Assembly (NCBI GenBank): GCA_964444685.1
Contig: CAYUIG010000021.1
Location: forward strand, 98-64,097
From: an uncultured Gemmatimonadaceae bacterium
GTDB taxonomy: Bacteria > Gemmatimonadota > Gemmatimonadetes > Longimicrobiales > RSA9
DNA length: 64,000 nt
Direction of reading: 5' to 3'
A program made the translations under genes and the position numbers. The notes beneath the pieces were generated by a model. It was given only the letters and a program-made list of their open reading frames with translations. It had not been told where the DNA came from and ran no database searches. Numbering within the stretch: position 1 is the first letter of the stretch; every line of letters starts with the position of its first letter. Below are positions 49,405 through 59,762 of the stretch, in pieces.

Positions 49405-49498
49405 GATTCACCACAGAGGCGCAGAGGACGCGGAGAACGGAGCAGGAATATTTCAAGCCTGGTGACAACTCTGTGTCCTCTGTGACTCTGCGGTGAAA
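49405..49498. repeat. Hairpin element with 9-nt-repeat arms (CAGAGGNNN type), same family as the inner arms of 34298-34535
   Basis: The left arm is GATTCACCACAGAGGCGCAGAGGACGCGGAGAACGGAGCAGG. The right arm is CTCTGTGTCCTCTGTGACTCTGCGGTGAAAC. Both this element and the 34338 arm open with TTCACC(G/A)C(G/A)GAG. Confidence 0.85.
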
Positions 49499-49600
49499 CT
49501 GCCTCTTCTTTCACAAGCGCTACCGCTTCTGAAAGGGAGGGCCGGCGCGAAAATGGCACCGGCCCTCCGATTGTATCCTCACGGTCGCAGCGGGTTCCTG

Positions 49601-51049
49601 CTAGCTGCCCTGGCCGGTGTCGGCGGGCGGCTGCTGAGGCTGCGGCTGCGGCTGGGGCGCGGCGCCCTCGGCCGGCTGCTGCGGGCGCAGGGCGGTGATG
49701 CGCTGGACGGCCGCATCGAGCGCGCGGTCGAACACCTCGCCGTCGTGCTCGGCGCGCAGGTAGTACGAGATCGGGCCGACGTTGATCACGCTCTGCTGAT
49801 TGCTGAGGATCTGCGCGAGCGACATCATCACCGCGCGCTCGATCGCTTCCTCACGCGATTCGCCGTCCTGCTGCTGGATCTCGAGCAGTCCGCTGGCGCG
49901 CAGCTGCTGACGCAGGGCGCCGCGCGCGTTGTCCCGCACCGAATCCTGCTCTGCGTCCGACACGGTCAGCTCGCGGCGATGCGCCTCGCCCACGAGGATC
50001 TCGTTGCGCGTGAATCCCTCGAGGACCTGCTCCACCTGCTCGTCGCTGGCGGCTGCGAGCTGGCCGAGCTGGCCGGGCTGCCAGGAACGCAGCGCGCCCT
50101 GGAACTCTTCCGCCGTCAGCGCTCCGCCCTGGTACGACACGAGCGGGCGGCTGGCGGCGCGGCCACGCAGGGACGAACCCGGCGAACGTGCGAGTTCGCG
50201 CGCGTTCTCCACCGCACCCTCCTCGACGCGGACGTTCATCGGCTCGGTGAGCTCGGTGATGTAGCGCTCCTCCTGCTCCGCCACGCGCTCGTTCACGAGG
50301 TTCGCGTGGAACTGCATGCGCACATCCTCGAACGGCGGCACCTCCCGCTCCTCGACCTTGATGATGTGCAGGCCGAAGGGCGTCTCGACGACATCGCTGA
50401 CCTGGCCGGGCTGGAGTGCGAACGCGGCCTCCTCGAACGGCGCGACCCAGGAGCCGCGGCCGCCGAAGCCGAGGTCGCCGCCCTGCTGCGCGCTGCCGTC
50501 CTGGCTGTACTCGCGTGCAAGCGCAGCGAAGTCCTCACCCGCGTTTGCGCGCTCGCGCAGCGACTGGATCAGTGCCATTACACTGTCGCGCGCCTGCGCA
50601 CCACCATCGGGCGGAATGCGCAGGAGAATGTGACGCGCGCGGACACGCACGCCCGGCTGCTGCTCTTCGTAGGCCGCGCGCAGCTCCTCCTCCGGAATTA
50701 CCGAGTCGACCTGGATCACCTGCTCGCGCAGCTGCCACACGACCTCCTGATCGAACACGGGCCGAAGCAGCGGATCGAGGTCCAGGTTGGCGAGCGCCGT
50801 GTCGCCGGCGGCGACCGTGGCGAGCAGGATGTAGTCGACCCAGAGGTTGGCGACCGCGCTCACGACTTCCGCCTGCGCGGGAATGCGCGGCTGGGGCGCC
50901 AGCAGTCCCGCGACTTCGTCCACGGTCAGCTCGTGGCCCGCGGCGCGCGCCACCACATCGGTGTGCGAGGTCATGGCCTGTCCGAGGCCATCACACGCCG
51001 CAACGGCGAGACTGGCGGGCAGCGCCAGCAGCACGAGGATCTTCGGCAT
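49601..51049 (-). CDS. Second SurA-like lipoprotein / parvulin-type PPIase
   Basis: The ATG at 51049 gives MPKILVLLALPASLAVAAC (lipobox). The parvulin domain is GGDLGFG...PFGLHIIKV. The tail is Gln/Pro-rich. Confidence 0.75.
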   Translation of the reverse strand: MPKILVLLALPASLAVAACDGLGQAMTSHTDVVARAAGHELTVDEVAGLLAPQPRIPAQAEVVSAVANLWVDYILLATVAAGDTALANLDLDPLLRPVFDQEVVWQLREQVIQVDSVIPEEELRAAYEEQQPGVRVRARHILLRIPPDGGAQARDSVMALIQSLRERANAGEDFAALAREYSQDGSAQQGGDLGFGGRGSWVAPFEEAAFALQPGQVSDVVETPFGLHIIKVEEREVPPFEDVRMQFHANLVNERVAEQEERYITELTEPMNVRVEEGAVENARELARSPGSSLRGRAASRPLVSYQGGALTAEEFQGALRSWQPGQLGQLAAASDEQVEQVLEGFTRNEILVGEAHRRELTVSDAEQDSVRDNARGALRQQLRASGLLEIQQQDGESREEAIERAVMMSLAQILSNQQSVINVGPISYYLRAEHDGEVFDRALDAAVQRITALRPQQPAEGAAPQPQPQPQQPPADTGQGS

Positions 51050-51173
51050 CAATGCATCTCCTTGCGGGTCCAGCCGGCGAATGGGGGTTCCGGCCAAAGA
51101 CCATAAAACCTAGGGTTCGGGCCGCAGGTCCGCCAGCGGCCGGCGACTCTGTACACGCGGGCCGGGGCGAGGT

Positions 51174-54100
51174 TCAGGCGGCCCGGGCGGTGTCGGCGGC
51201 GAGGGTGTCGAACGCAGCCGCAACCGTATCGGTGATCGCGCGGGCGCCGCGGCGGCGGAGTACGATCGAGAGGGGATCCGTGCGTCGGACCTCGACCTCG
51301 ACCTGGTGGTCGGATAGGGCGCGCTGCAGCGAAGCGAGCCGGGGTGCGGTCCCACGCCGGAAGGTGACGCGGGCGGTGTCGCCCCGGATGAGGATGCGGT
51401 CGACGGCGAGCTCGGTACCGAGCAGGCGGAGCCGGGTGAGCGCGAGGAGCCGGTCGACCTCCGGGGGCGGCGGCCCGTAGCGGTCACGCAGCTCGGCGCG
51501 CACGGCCTCCGTCTCCGCGGGGCGAGTGAGCCGCGAGAGGCGGCGGTAGAGGTGGAGCTTCTGCGCCTCGTCGGTGATGTACTCGTCGGGCAGGAGCGCC
51601 GCACCTTCGATAGCGACATCCGTTGGCGCGTACGTCTCCGCCGGCGCGCCGGTGCGGAGCCGGCGGATGGTTTCCTCTAGAAGTCGCGTGTAGGTGTCGA
51701 GGCCGACCGCGTGCACGAAACCGGACTGCTCCGCGCCGAGCAGGTTGCCTGCACCGCGCAGCTCGAGGTCCTTCATCGCGATCGAGTAGCCGCTGCCCAG
51801 CTCCGTGTAGTGCTCGAGGATGCGGAGGCGCCGCTCGGCGTCGACCGTGACGTCGTCGGGCACGACGAGATAGCAGTACGCACGGTGGTGCGACCGTCCG
51901 ACGCGGCCGCGGATCTGATAGAGCTGCGCGAGACCGAACTGGTCGGCGCGATCGACGATCAGCGTGTTCGCGGACGGTACATCGAGTCCGTTCTCGATGA
52001 TCGCGGTGGTCACCAGAATGCGCGCCTCGCCGGAGAGGAAGGTGCGCATCACGCGATCGAGCTCGACGCCGGGCATCTGGCCGTGCGCGATCACGGCGGT
52101 GGCATCGGGCACGAGCCGGCGCACGCGTTCCGCGACGGCGCCGATGCTCTGCACGCGATTGTGCAGCACGAACACCTGCCCGCCGCGATCGAGCTCGCGC
52201 CGGATCGCGTCCTCGAGCACTTCGTCCGCCCATGGCAGGACGTGAGTGATGACGGGCATGCGGTCGCGCGGCGGTGTCTGGAGGAGCGAGAGGTCGCGGA
52301 GTCCGGCGAGCGAGAGGTGGAGCGTGCGCGGGATCGGCGTGGCGGTGAGCGCCAGCACGTCGATGTCCTTCTTCAGCTCCTTGAAGCGCTCCTTCTGCTT
52401 CACACCGAAGCGCTGCTCCTCATCGACAATGAGCATGCCGAGCCTGAGGAACTCGACATCGGGCTCGAGCAGCTTGTGCGTGCCGATGAGGATGTCGATG
52501 TCGCCGCTCTTCGCGCCGGCCAGGATCTTCTGCTGCTCGGCGGCCGTGCGGAATCGGGAGATGGCTTCGACACGCACGGGATAGCCGGCCAGCCGCTGGC
52601 TGAACGTGTGCAGGTGCTGCTCGACGAGGATGGTCGTCGGTGCGAGCACGGCCACCTGCCGTCCATCCTGCACGGCCTTGAACGCGGCGCGGATCGCGAT
52701 CTCGGTCTTGCCGTAGCCGACATCGCCGCAGAGCAGGCGATCCATCGGATGGCGCGACTCCATGTCGGCCTTCACATCCGCGGTGGCCTGCCGCTGGTCC
52801 GGTGTGTCTTCATAGAGGAACGACGACTCCATCTCCTTCTGCCAGCGCGTGTCGGGCGGATAGGGCCGTCGTTCGGCGGTCTGTCGCGTGGCATACAGCT
52901 CGAGCAGCTCGGCGGCCATCTTCTGGATGGCGGCTTCGGTCTTCTCGCGCAGTGTCTTCCACGACCGTCCGCCGATGCGATGCAACCGGGGCGCAGGTGC
53001 GTCGTCACGATCGGCGACCCAGCGCTCGACGAGATCCAGGCGGTCGACGGGGACGCGCAGCATCTCATCGTTCGCGTACTCGATCGCGAGCGCCTCGATC
53101 TCCTCGCCGCCGACCGTGACGCGCTCGAGCCCGACGAAGCGGCCGATGCCGTGATCGAGATGAACGACGAAGTCACCGGGGTGGAGCTGCGAAAGACTTT
53201 CGAGGGCGACGGCGCCCCGAAACCTCCGTCCGCGACGCAGCCTGCGCGCGCGAGCGAAGATCTCGTGGTCGGTGAGCACGCGCACGGCGGGCTCCACACC
53301 CTCGAGCACGAAGCCACCCGCGAGTGCGCCGAGTCCGATGGACACGCCGGGCGGGATGCGTGCGGCGCCGCCGAGCAGTTCCTCGAGACGTTCGACCTGC
53401 CCCGTGTTGTCGCACAGCACGAAGGAGCGCTCGCCGCGCGCGGCGCCGGAGCGCAGCAGCGCGGAGAGCTTCTCCATGTCGCGCTCGATGGGATCCGGCT
53501 CGCGCGCATGGAAGCGGATCGCGTCGTCACCATCGGGCTCGTGCTTCTCGATGCGGCCGAAGCCGTCGAGACGCCCGAGTGCATCGTCAGGAGAGAGGAA
53601 CAGCGACGCGGGCGGCTCGGGTTTGCCGCCGCGACGGCGCTCCGCTGCGTGCAGGTGCTGCACCTGCTCCCACGTGCGCTGCAGATTCCTCTGCGGATCC
53701 GCGACGGTGCGGAAGAAGAGTGCATCGCGCGGGAGTACATCCAGCAGCGATCTCCGGCTCAGGTCGCCGCCGGTGGCATCGCGCAGGTCGACGGGGAGGA
53801 TGTCCACGCCCTTCAGGTCGGCCGTCGAGCGCTGATCGAGGATGTCGAACTGGCGGATGGACTCGATGCGGTCACCCCAGAACTCGATGCGCACCGGCTC
53901 GGGCGCGCCGAAGCCGAACAGGTCGACGAGTCCGCCGCGCAGCGCGTACGCGCCGACGGCCTCGACCATGGGCGTGCGTTCGAATCCCATGGAATCGAGA
54001 CGCTCGGTGAGTTCGTGCAGCGGGATCTCGTCGCCGACCGCGAGCGTGAGGCGCAGATCGGCGAGGCGCGTGGGGATCTCCGCCCGCTCCTGGAGTGCGC

Positions 54101-54473
54101 GCAGTGTCGTGACGAGGATGCGTGCGCGCCCGGAGAAGAGCGCTTCGAGCGCCTCGACGCGCAGCCCGCCGACTTCCACGTGATGCTCGGCGGCTTCGTA
54201 CGGCAGCGTTTCGCGCTGCGGGTAGAGGACGGCGAGTCCTTCGCCGAGAATGGCGGCGAGATCGGCCTCGAACGCTTCCGCCTCGGGCGGATCGGCAGCG
54301 ACGATGACCCAGAGGCGATGCGGCAGTGCGCGCGCGAGCGATGCCGCGAGCAGTGCCGACGACGAACCGGCCAGGCCGCTGACTCGAACGGCTGCGCCGG
54401 GCGCAGGCAGCGCGTCGCGGAGCTGCGCGAACGCCGGCTGCGCGGCCATCGAACGAAGCAGTGCGTCGAGCAT
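51174..54473 (-). CDS. mfd: Transcription-repair coupling factor Mfd
   Basis: 1099 aa from the ATG at 54473. It has a UvrB-homology N-terminus, a CarD-like domain, SF2 translocase motifs (GDVGYGKTE, DEEQRFG, TATPIPRT) and a TRG motif region. The start shares 1 nt with the upstream stop (TGATG). Confidence 0.95.
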   Translation of the reverse strand: MLDALLRSMAAQPAFAQLRDALPAPGAAVRVSGLAGSSSALLAASLARALPHRLWVIVAADPPEAEAFEADLAAILGEGLAVLYPQRETLPYEAAEHHVEVGGLRVEALEALFSGRARILVTTLRALQERAEIPTRLADLRLTLAVGDEIPLHELTERLDSMGFERTPMVEAVGAYALRGGLVDLFGFGAPEPVRIEFWGDRIESIRQFDILDQRSTADLKGVDILPVDLRDATGGDLSRRSLLDVLPRDALFFRTVADPQRNLQRTWEQVQHLHAAERRRGGKPEPPASLFLSPDDALGRLDGFGRIEKHEPDGDDAIRFHAREPDPIERDMEKLSALLRSGAARGERSFVLCDNTGQVERLEELLGGAARIPPGVSIGLGALAGGFVLEGVEPAVRVLTDHEIFARARRLRRGRRFRGAVALESLSQLHPGDFVVHLDHGIGRFVGLERVTVGGEEIEALAIEYANDEMLRVPVDRLDLVERWVADRDDAPAPRLHRIGGRSWKTLREKTEAAIQKMAAELLELYATRQTAERRPYPPDTRWQKEMESSFLYEDTPDQRQATADVKADMESRHPMDRLLCGDVGYGKTEIAIRAAFKAVQDGRQVAVLAPTTILVEQHLHTFSQRLAGYPVRVEAISRFRTAAEQQKILAGAKSGDIDILIGTHKLLEPDVEFLRLGMLIVDEEQRFGVKQKERFKELKKDIDVLALTATPIPRTLHLSLAGLRDLSLLQTPPRDRMPVITHVLPWADEVLEDAIRRELDRGGQVFVLHNRVQSIGAVAERVRRLVPDATAVIAHGQMPGVELDRVMRTFLSGEARILVTTAIIENGLDVPSANTLIVDRADQFGLAQLYQIRGRVGRSHHRAYCYLVVPDDVTVDAERRLRILEHYTELGSGYSIAMKDLELRGAGNLLGAEQSGFVHAVGLDTYTRLLEETIRRLRTGAPAETYAPTDVAIEGAALLPDEYITDEAQKLHLYRRLSRLTRPAETEAVRAELRDRYGPPPPEVDRLLALTRLRLLGTELAVDRILIRGDTARVTFRRGTAPRLASLQRALSDHQVEVEVRRTDPLSIVLRRRGARAITDTVAAAFDTLAADTARAA

Positions 54474-56425
54474 CAGCCTGCGCGCCGGAGCCCGCGCCGC
54501 GAAGGTGCTGCACCCTGATCCGCGGCAGATCGGCCCGACGCGGACTGGCCGCCGGTGACGGCAGCAACACCTTCGGCAAGGAGGAGGAGCAGCAGGGCGA
54601 TGAGGATGGGCCGCGTGATCTCGCGGCCGAGCCGCCGGCCGTACGCATCGCGCGTCCACTCGTCGGCGTCATCCGCGGTCTCTACGCTCCACGAGGGCAG
54701 CCGGTCGGCGATCGTGCGCGCATCGAGACGATCGAGGACGGACTCCGCAGCGGGCGGATTCACCGCGAACGCAGCGATGCGCGCGTCGCTCGAAAACACT
54801 TCGTACAGTCCGGCGACGGCGCCGAGCCGGTACGCCCCGCCGCCGGAGACATCCTCGTCGACGCCATCGGGCCGGACGACGCGCGTGGCCGCAGCGGGCA
54901 GCACGACTTCCTGTCCGGGCGACGCCTCGAACGACGGTGCCGCCACGGCCGCCCACTCGGAGATGAGGCGGTCGAGGAGGGGAACCATCGCCGCGGAGGC
55001 GGGGAGCGTCGTCGCTTCGGGTGTGAGTGCGGAGGCGAGGAGGACCCAGGTGAGGCCGCGCGCGGTGCGGCCACGAACGGCCCAGGGCGCGCCATCAGCA
55101 AGGCGGAGCAGCACGGTATCGGTGGTCGAGCCATCGGTGCGCAGGCCGTAGGTCTGATGCAGTCGCACCGACTCGAGCGTGCGCAGCACGCCGTTCGCGG
55201 AGCCCGGCGCAAAGCGCGCCTCGCCCGCACCATCAGGCGCTTCGTATCGCCAAGGGATTCCGGCCGCAGATAGGCGGCGGTTCAGTGCGGGCAGTTCGAG
55301 GGCCTGATCCGGCGCCGTGATGATCGCTGCGCCAGTCGTGCCCGCGTCGAGGCCCGCGCCACCGGGGGCGACGAGTACGTCGCCACTCGCCGGCACGCGA
55401 CGGATGCGGCCGGCATCCGCCAGCACGGCGAGTGCGTTGTCGAGGAACTCGTCGGCCGCACCGAGCCGGACCGCGGGTGGCGGCACGACCGGAACGGCAA
55501 ACCAGCGCCGGTCATCCCCGCGCAGAGCATCGGGATCCTTTTCGACGCGGCCCGTGAGCAGCCCCGGTGGCGAAGGTGGCAGAGGAATCAGGACCGTTTC
55601 ACCCGAACCGGCCACGCCCGCACCGACGACGCGCTCGTTGACGACGAGTCGCAGCGCCGCGGAGTCGGCGGCACCCGTCACGGTCACGGCCACGTGCGAT
55701 GCCTCGCCTGCGACGGGGGCGAGGCCGCCGCCGACCTCGACGCTCGCGAGCGCCGCATTCGCAGGCGTGATCTCCTCAGGGATCCACACGAGCGCGCGCA
55801 CATTCTCCGCGCCGCGCACCGTTGCGGGGAACGATGTCGCCTGGAGATCGCTGAGCAGCACCACCTCCAGCGCGCGTCCTTCCGCGCCGGCGCGCAGCAG
55901 CGTCGCGGCGTGCTCGAGTGCGGCGGTGAGATCCGCTGCGGCGGCGGTGGGCTCGGTCTCACGCACACGCGCGGCCGTTGCCGCGGCATCACCGGGGAGC
56001 GCGGGCTCGTCGGGCGAGCCCGCGCGCAGCAGCCAGAAGCGATCCTCGGGCGTGGCATCGGCAAGCAGATCGAGCGCGCGATTCTTGAGATCATCGAGCA
56101 CGAGCCGGTCGTCCTGCACGACGCCCGAGCTGAGCGAATTGTCGAGCACGATGACCACGGCCGTCGGTTCGTGGCCGGCACCGCCCGAACGGCTGAACGG
56201 CCGCGCGGCGGCGAGCGCCAGCAGCAGCACGGCAGCGACACGCATCAGCAGCAGGAGGATCTGCCGCAGTCGCAGCCGGCGCGCGTTCTCGCGCTCCGCG
56301 CGACGCAGGTAGCGCAGTGCGGGGAAGGTGACGCGCGGGCCCTGCTGCCGCTGGAAGAGGTGGAGGATCAGGGGAACGGCGGCCGCCGCGGCGAGGGCGA
56401 GCAGCCATGGACTGAGGAATCCCAT
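54473..56425 (-). CDS. BatA-N-terminal-domain membrane protein (aerotolerance-operon-like, large extracytoplasmic region)
   Basis: The ATG at 56425 gives MGFLSPWLLALAAAAAVPLILHLF, the Bat N-terminal motif, followed by a second TM helix and a vWA-like start (VVIVLDNSLS). The start shares 1 nt with the DUF58 gene's stop. Confidence 0.7.
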   Translation of the reverse strand: MGFLSPWLLALAAAAAVPLILHLFQRQQGPRVTFPALRYLRRAERENARRLRLRQILLLLMRVAAVLLLALAAARPFSRSGGAGHEPTAVVIVLDNSLSSGVVQDDRLVLDDLKNRALDLLADATPEDRFWLLRAGSPDEPALPGDAAATAARVRETEPTAAAADLTAALEHAATLLRAGAEGRALEVVLLSDLQATSFPATVRGAENVRALVWIPEEITPANAALASVEVGGGLAPVAGEASHVAVTVTGAADSAALRLVVNERVVGAGVAGSGETVLIPLPPSPPGLLTGRVEKDPDALRGDDRRWFAVPVVPPPAVRLGAADEFLDNALAVLADAGRIRRVPASGDVLVAPGGAGLDAGTTGAAIITAPDQALELPALNRRLSAAGIPWRYEAPDGAGEARFAPGSANGVLRTLESVRLHQTYGLRTDGSTTDTVLLRLADGAPWAVRGRTARGLTWVLLASALTPEATTLPASAAMVPLLDRLISEWAAVAAPSFEASPGQEVVLPAAATRVVRPDGVDEDVSGGGAYRLGAVAGLYEVFSSDARIAAFAVNPPAAESVLDRLDARTIADRLPSWSVETADDADEWTRDAYGRRLGREITRPILIALLLLLLAEGVAAVTGGQSASGRSAADQGAAPSRRGLRRAG

Positions 56426-57342
56426 CAGCCGAGACGCTCCCGCTTGTGCAGGTATGCGCGCAGCGCTTCCGCCATCGGTCGTTCGGTTCCGGCCACCACG
56501 TAGTCGATGCCCTGGGGCACGAGCTGGTCCTGCCACTCGCGCAGCGCGCGCTCCACCGCGTCGCGGTACACGGAGCGCAGCTCGGCCACGCTCACGGGCA
56601 CCTCCTCGCCCGTTTCGGGATCGACGAAGCGCGCGTCGCCGACGCGCGGGAGCTCGCGTTCGCCGGGATCGATGAGGTGGAACACGAGCACCTCGTGGCC
56701 GCGGTGGCGCAGGAAGCGGAGCGCGAGCTTGGTCGTGTCGGGGTCGACGAGCAGATCCGAGATCAGGATCACGAGACCGCGCCGTCGCAGACGGCCGGCA
56801 ATGTCACGCAGCGCGGTGTCGGCCTCCGTGCGGCCGCTGGCCTTGATCGGCTCGAGCGCGCGCAGCACCTCGTACCAGTGGCGCCGGCCTCCGCGCGGGG
56901 CCACGTGCGCACGCGGCACGTCATCGAAGCCGACGAGGCCCACGGAGTCGCCCTGGCGCAGGAGGAGCAGCGCAAGGCTGGCGGCGAGCTGCTTCGCGTA
57001 CCAGAGCTTGGGCGGCAGCGAGCCCGGATCCGACGTCCACGCCATCGACGCGCTCGCGTCCAGCAGCAGGTACGCGCGCAGGTTCGTCTCTTCCTCGAAC
57101 TGCTTGATGTAGTAGCGGTCCGAGCGGCCGAACATCCGCCAGTCGATGTAGCGGAGGTCGTCCCCGGGCTGGTACATCCGGTGCTCCGCGAATTCCACGG
57201 AGAAGCCGCGATGCGGCGAGCGGTGGAGCCCGGCGAGGAAGCCCTCGACCACCGAGCGCGCGACGAACTCGAGCCCGCCCAGAGCGGCCAACTCGCGGGG
57301 CTCCAGCAGATCCAGTCGGTTCCGGGCGATGTTCATGCTCAC
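56425..57342 (-). CDS. DUF58-domain protein (MoxR-system-associated, vWA-like)
   Basis: 305 aa with the DUF58 signature HRSPHRGFSVEFAEHRMYQPGDDLRYIDW. It starts at GTG 57342 or ATG 57336. Confidence 0.8.
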   Translation of the reverse strand: MSMNIARNRLDLLEPRELAALGGLEFVARSVVEGFLAGLHRSPHRGFSVEFAEHRMYQPGDDLRYIDWRMFGRSDRYYIKQFEEETNLRAYLLLDASASMAWTSDPGSLPPKLWYAKQLAASLALLLLRQGDSVGLVGFDDVPRAHVAPRGGRRHWYEVLRALEPIKASGRTEADTALRDIAGRLRRRGLVILISDLLVDPDTTKLALRFLRHRGHEVLVFHLIDPGERELPRVGDARFVDPETGEEVPVSVAELRSVYRDAVERALREWQDQLVPQGIDYVVAGTERPMAEALRAYLHKRERLG

Positions 57343-57426
57343 GTCGCGATGCTACGGGTCCGCGCCTCCGGCGGTCAAACACAGCGTTTACACCGCCGCC
57401 GGCCAAACGTTGTCGAACCGTCCCGC

Positions 57427-57657
57427 ATGGTGTATGCTCAAGGCCGTTCGGTACGGCTTTTCACGGAGGCACCGTTGCACGGCATACAGGCGCTGCTGAT
57501 CTTCATCGCAGCCATTCTGCTGATCGTTTTCTTCTATTTCGTCGGTCACGCCCTCGCCGTCCACTCGACAGGGCCGGTCGTATGGGCCGTGGGGTCGCTT
57601 GCACTCGCAGGCGTGCTGGTCTTCCTGTCCAACCGGTTCTCCCGCCCGGGGGTCTGA
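57427..57657 (+). CDS. Small two-TM membrane protein (76 aa), hypothetical
   Basis: The ATG at 57427 is in frame with tracked ORF 56446-57657. Two clear hydrophobic helices are present (ALLIFIAAILLIVFFYFV and VWAVGSLALAGVLVFL). Confidence 0.4.
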   Translation: MVYAQGRSVRLFTEAPLHGIQALLIFIAAILLIVFFYFVGHALAVHSTGPVVWAVGSLALAGVLVFLSNRFSRPGV

Positions 57658-57741
57658 GCCGGCGGCGGATTGATCGGACCCCGGTCCCGCCGCTAACATA
57701 CAAGGCTGTCATCGAAGCGAACCTGGGCGGGCGGAGGCCGA

Positions 57742-59544
57742 GTGCGGCGGGACAGGATCCGCAATTTCTGCATCATCGCACACATCGATCACGGCAAGTC
57801 GACGCTCGCCGATCGGCTGCTGGAGCGCACGGGTGCACTCACGGCGCGCGAGATGGAAGCGCAGGTGCTCGACAGCCTGGATCTCGAGCGGGAGCGCGGG
57901 ATCACGATCAAGCTGCACGCGGTGCGGATGGACTACCGCGCGGCCGATGGTGACACCTACCAGCTCAACCTGATCGACACGCCGGGACACGTCGACTTCA
58001 CGTACGAGGTGTCGCGCTCGCTGGCTGCGTGTGAAGGCGCGGTGCTCGTGGTGGACGCGAGCCAGGGCGTGCAGGCTCAGACCCTCTCGAATCTTTTCCT
58101 CGCGCTCGACGCGGGGCTCGAGATCATTCCCGTCCTCAACAAGATCGACCTGCCCGGCGCGGAGCCGGAGCGGCGTCGCGACGAGCTGGTGGACCTCATC
58201 GGTGTGGACCCCGACGAGGTGCTCATGGTGTCGGCGAAGGAGGGCGTTGGCGTCAATGAACTGCTCGAGCGGATCGTCGCGAAGGTGCCGGCACCGGAAG
58301 GTGATGAGAATGCGCCGCTGCGCGCACTGATCTTCGACTCGAACTACGATCGCTACCAGGGCGCGGTGCCGCTCATCCGCGTGGTGGATGGCGTGGTGCG
58401 GAAGGGGATGCGCATCGGCTTCGGTGCGGCGCCGGGCGAGTACCCGGTGGACGAGGTGGGCTTCTTCCGACTGCGCCGTTTTCCCGCGGAGGAATTGCGA
58501 GCGGGCGAGGTCGGATACCTGATCGCCGGGATCAAGCGGATCAGCGACACGCGCGTGGGTGACACGCTGCTCGATGCGGACAACCGCGCGACCGAGCTGC
58601 TGCCGGGCTACCGCGACATCAAGCCGATGGTGTTCAGCGGGCTGTATCCGAGCGCGTCGGACGACTACGAGGAGCTGCGCGACGCGCTGGAGAAGCTGAA
58701 GCTGAACGACGCGAGCCTGTTCTACGAGCCGGAGACTTCGACCGCGCTCGGCTTCGGCTTCCGCTGCGGATTCCTCGGGCTGCTGCACATGGAGATCGTG
58801 CAGGAGCGGCTGGAGCGGGAGTTCAATCTCGATCTGGTGACGACCGTGCCGAACGTGGAGTATCACGTGCGGCTGTCGGACGGCTCGAAGCTCGAGATCG
58901 AGAATCCCAGCCTGCTGCCGGACCGCTCGCGCATCGACTCGATCGAGGAGCCGTACGTGCGCGCGCGCATCGTGTGCCCCTCGGAGTACATCGGGAACGT
59001 GCAGAAGCTGTGTCACGAGCGGCGCGGTACGTACGTCGGCATGCACTACCTCGACCCGACGCGCGTGGAGTTCACGTACGAGCTGCCGCTCGCGGAGATC
59101 GTGCTGGACTTCTACGACAAGCTGAAGAGTTCGACGCGCGGGTATGCATCGCTCGACTGGGAGTTCCTCGAGTACCGGCCGAACGACCTGGTGAAGCTGG
59201 ACCTGATGATCAACGGCGACCCGGTGGACGCGTTCAGCGTGATCATCCACCGCGACAAGGCGTACGAGTACGGCCGTGCGATGGCGGAGAAGCTGCGCGA
59301 GCTGATTCCGCGGCAGCTCTTCGAGGTGGCGATCCAGGCGGCGATCGGCGGGCGCATCATCGCGCGCGAAACCGTGAAGGCGCTGCGGAAGAACGTCACT
59401 GCGAAGTGTTATGGTGGCGACATCACGCGCAAGCGGAAGCTCCTGGAGAAGCAGAAGGAGGGGAAGCGGCGGATGAAGCAGGTGGGGACGGTGGAGATTC
59501 CGCAGGAGGCGTTTTTGGCGGTTTTGCAGGTGGGCTCTGATTAG
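57742..59544 (+). CDS. lepA: Translation elongation factor 4 (LepA)
   Basis: 600 aa with a GTG start. Motifs: [22 protein letters not shown] and NKID, plus the LepA-specific C-terminal domain ([24 protein letters not shown]). Confidence 0.95.
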   Translation: MRRDRIRNFCIIAHIDHGKSTLADRLLERTGALTAREMEAQVLDSLDLERERGITIKLHAVRMDYRAADGDTYQLNLIDTPGHVDFTYEVSRSLAACEGAVLVVDASQGVQAQTLSNLFLALDAGLEIIPVLNKIDLPGAEPERRRDELVDLIGVDPDEVLMVSAKEGVGVNELLERIVAKVPAPEGDENAPLRALIFDSNYDRYQGAVPLIRVVDGVVRKGMRIGFGAAPGEYPVDEVGFFRLRRFPAEELRAGEVGYLIAGIKRISDTRVGDTLLDADNRATELLPGYRDIKPMVFSGLYPSASDDYEELRDALEKLKLNDASLFYEPETSTALGFGFRCGFLGLLHMEIVQERLEREFNLDLVTTVPNVEYHVRLSDGSKLEIENPSLLPDRSRIDSIEEPYVRARIVCPSEYIGNVQKLCHERRGTYVGMHYLDPTRVEFTYELPLAEIVLDFYDKLKSSTRGYASLDWEFLEYRPNDLVKLDLMINGDPVDAFSVIIHRDKAYEYGRAMAEKLRELIPRQLFEVAIQAAIGGRIIARETVKALRKNVTAKCYGGDITRKRKLLEKQKEGKRRMKQVGTVEIPQEAFLAVLQVGSD

Positions 59545-59550
59545 GGATCT

Positions 59551-59668
59551 GCGGGCGACGTTTGGCGGGCGACTTGGGGCGGGCGACAATACGGCGGGCG
59601 ACAATACGGCGGGAACAGCGGGACGGCGGGAACAGCGGGACGGCGGGGACTGCGGGACACGGTGGGAA
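59551..59668. repeat. One-sided tandem array of CGGGCGAC-type 14-15-nt units that decays into GCGGGAACAGCGGGACG units
   Basis: GCGGGCGAC occurs at 59551, 59565, 59579 and 59594, followed by two copies of GCGGGAACAGCGGGACG. I saw no inverted partner before the ROK gene's start. Confidence 0.85.
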
Positions 59669-59762
59669 TGGACTTTCTGGCGTGGGCGGGGGTTGGGTGG
59701 CAGATTCGGGGGTGTCAGGCCGGGCAGGCCGTAGGGTGAGCAGGCAGGAGGGCGGAGCGCGC

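Noticed and set aside
57343-57426. A missing moxR gene or pseudogene upstream of DUF58
   Set aside because: The gap before the divergent small ORF and lepA is about 400 nt. It is too short for an AAA+ ATPase, and no Walker motif fragments are visible in any frame.
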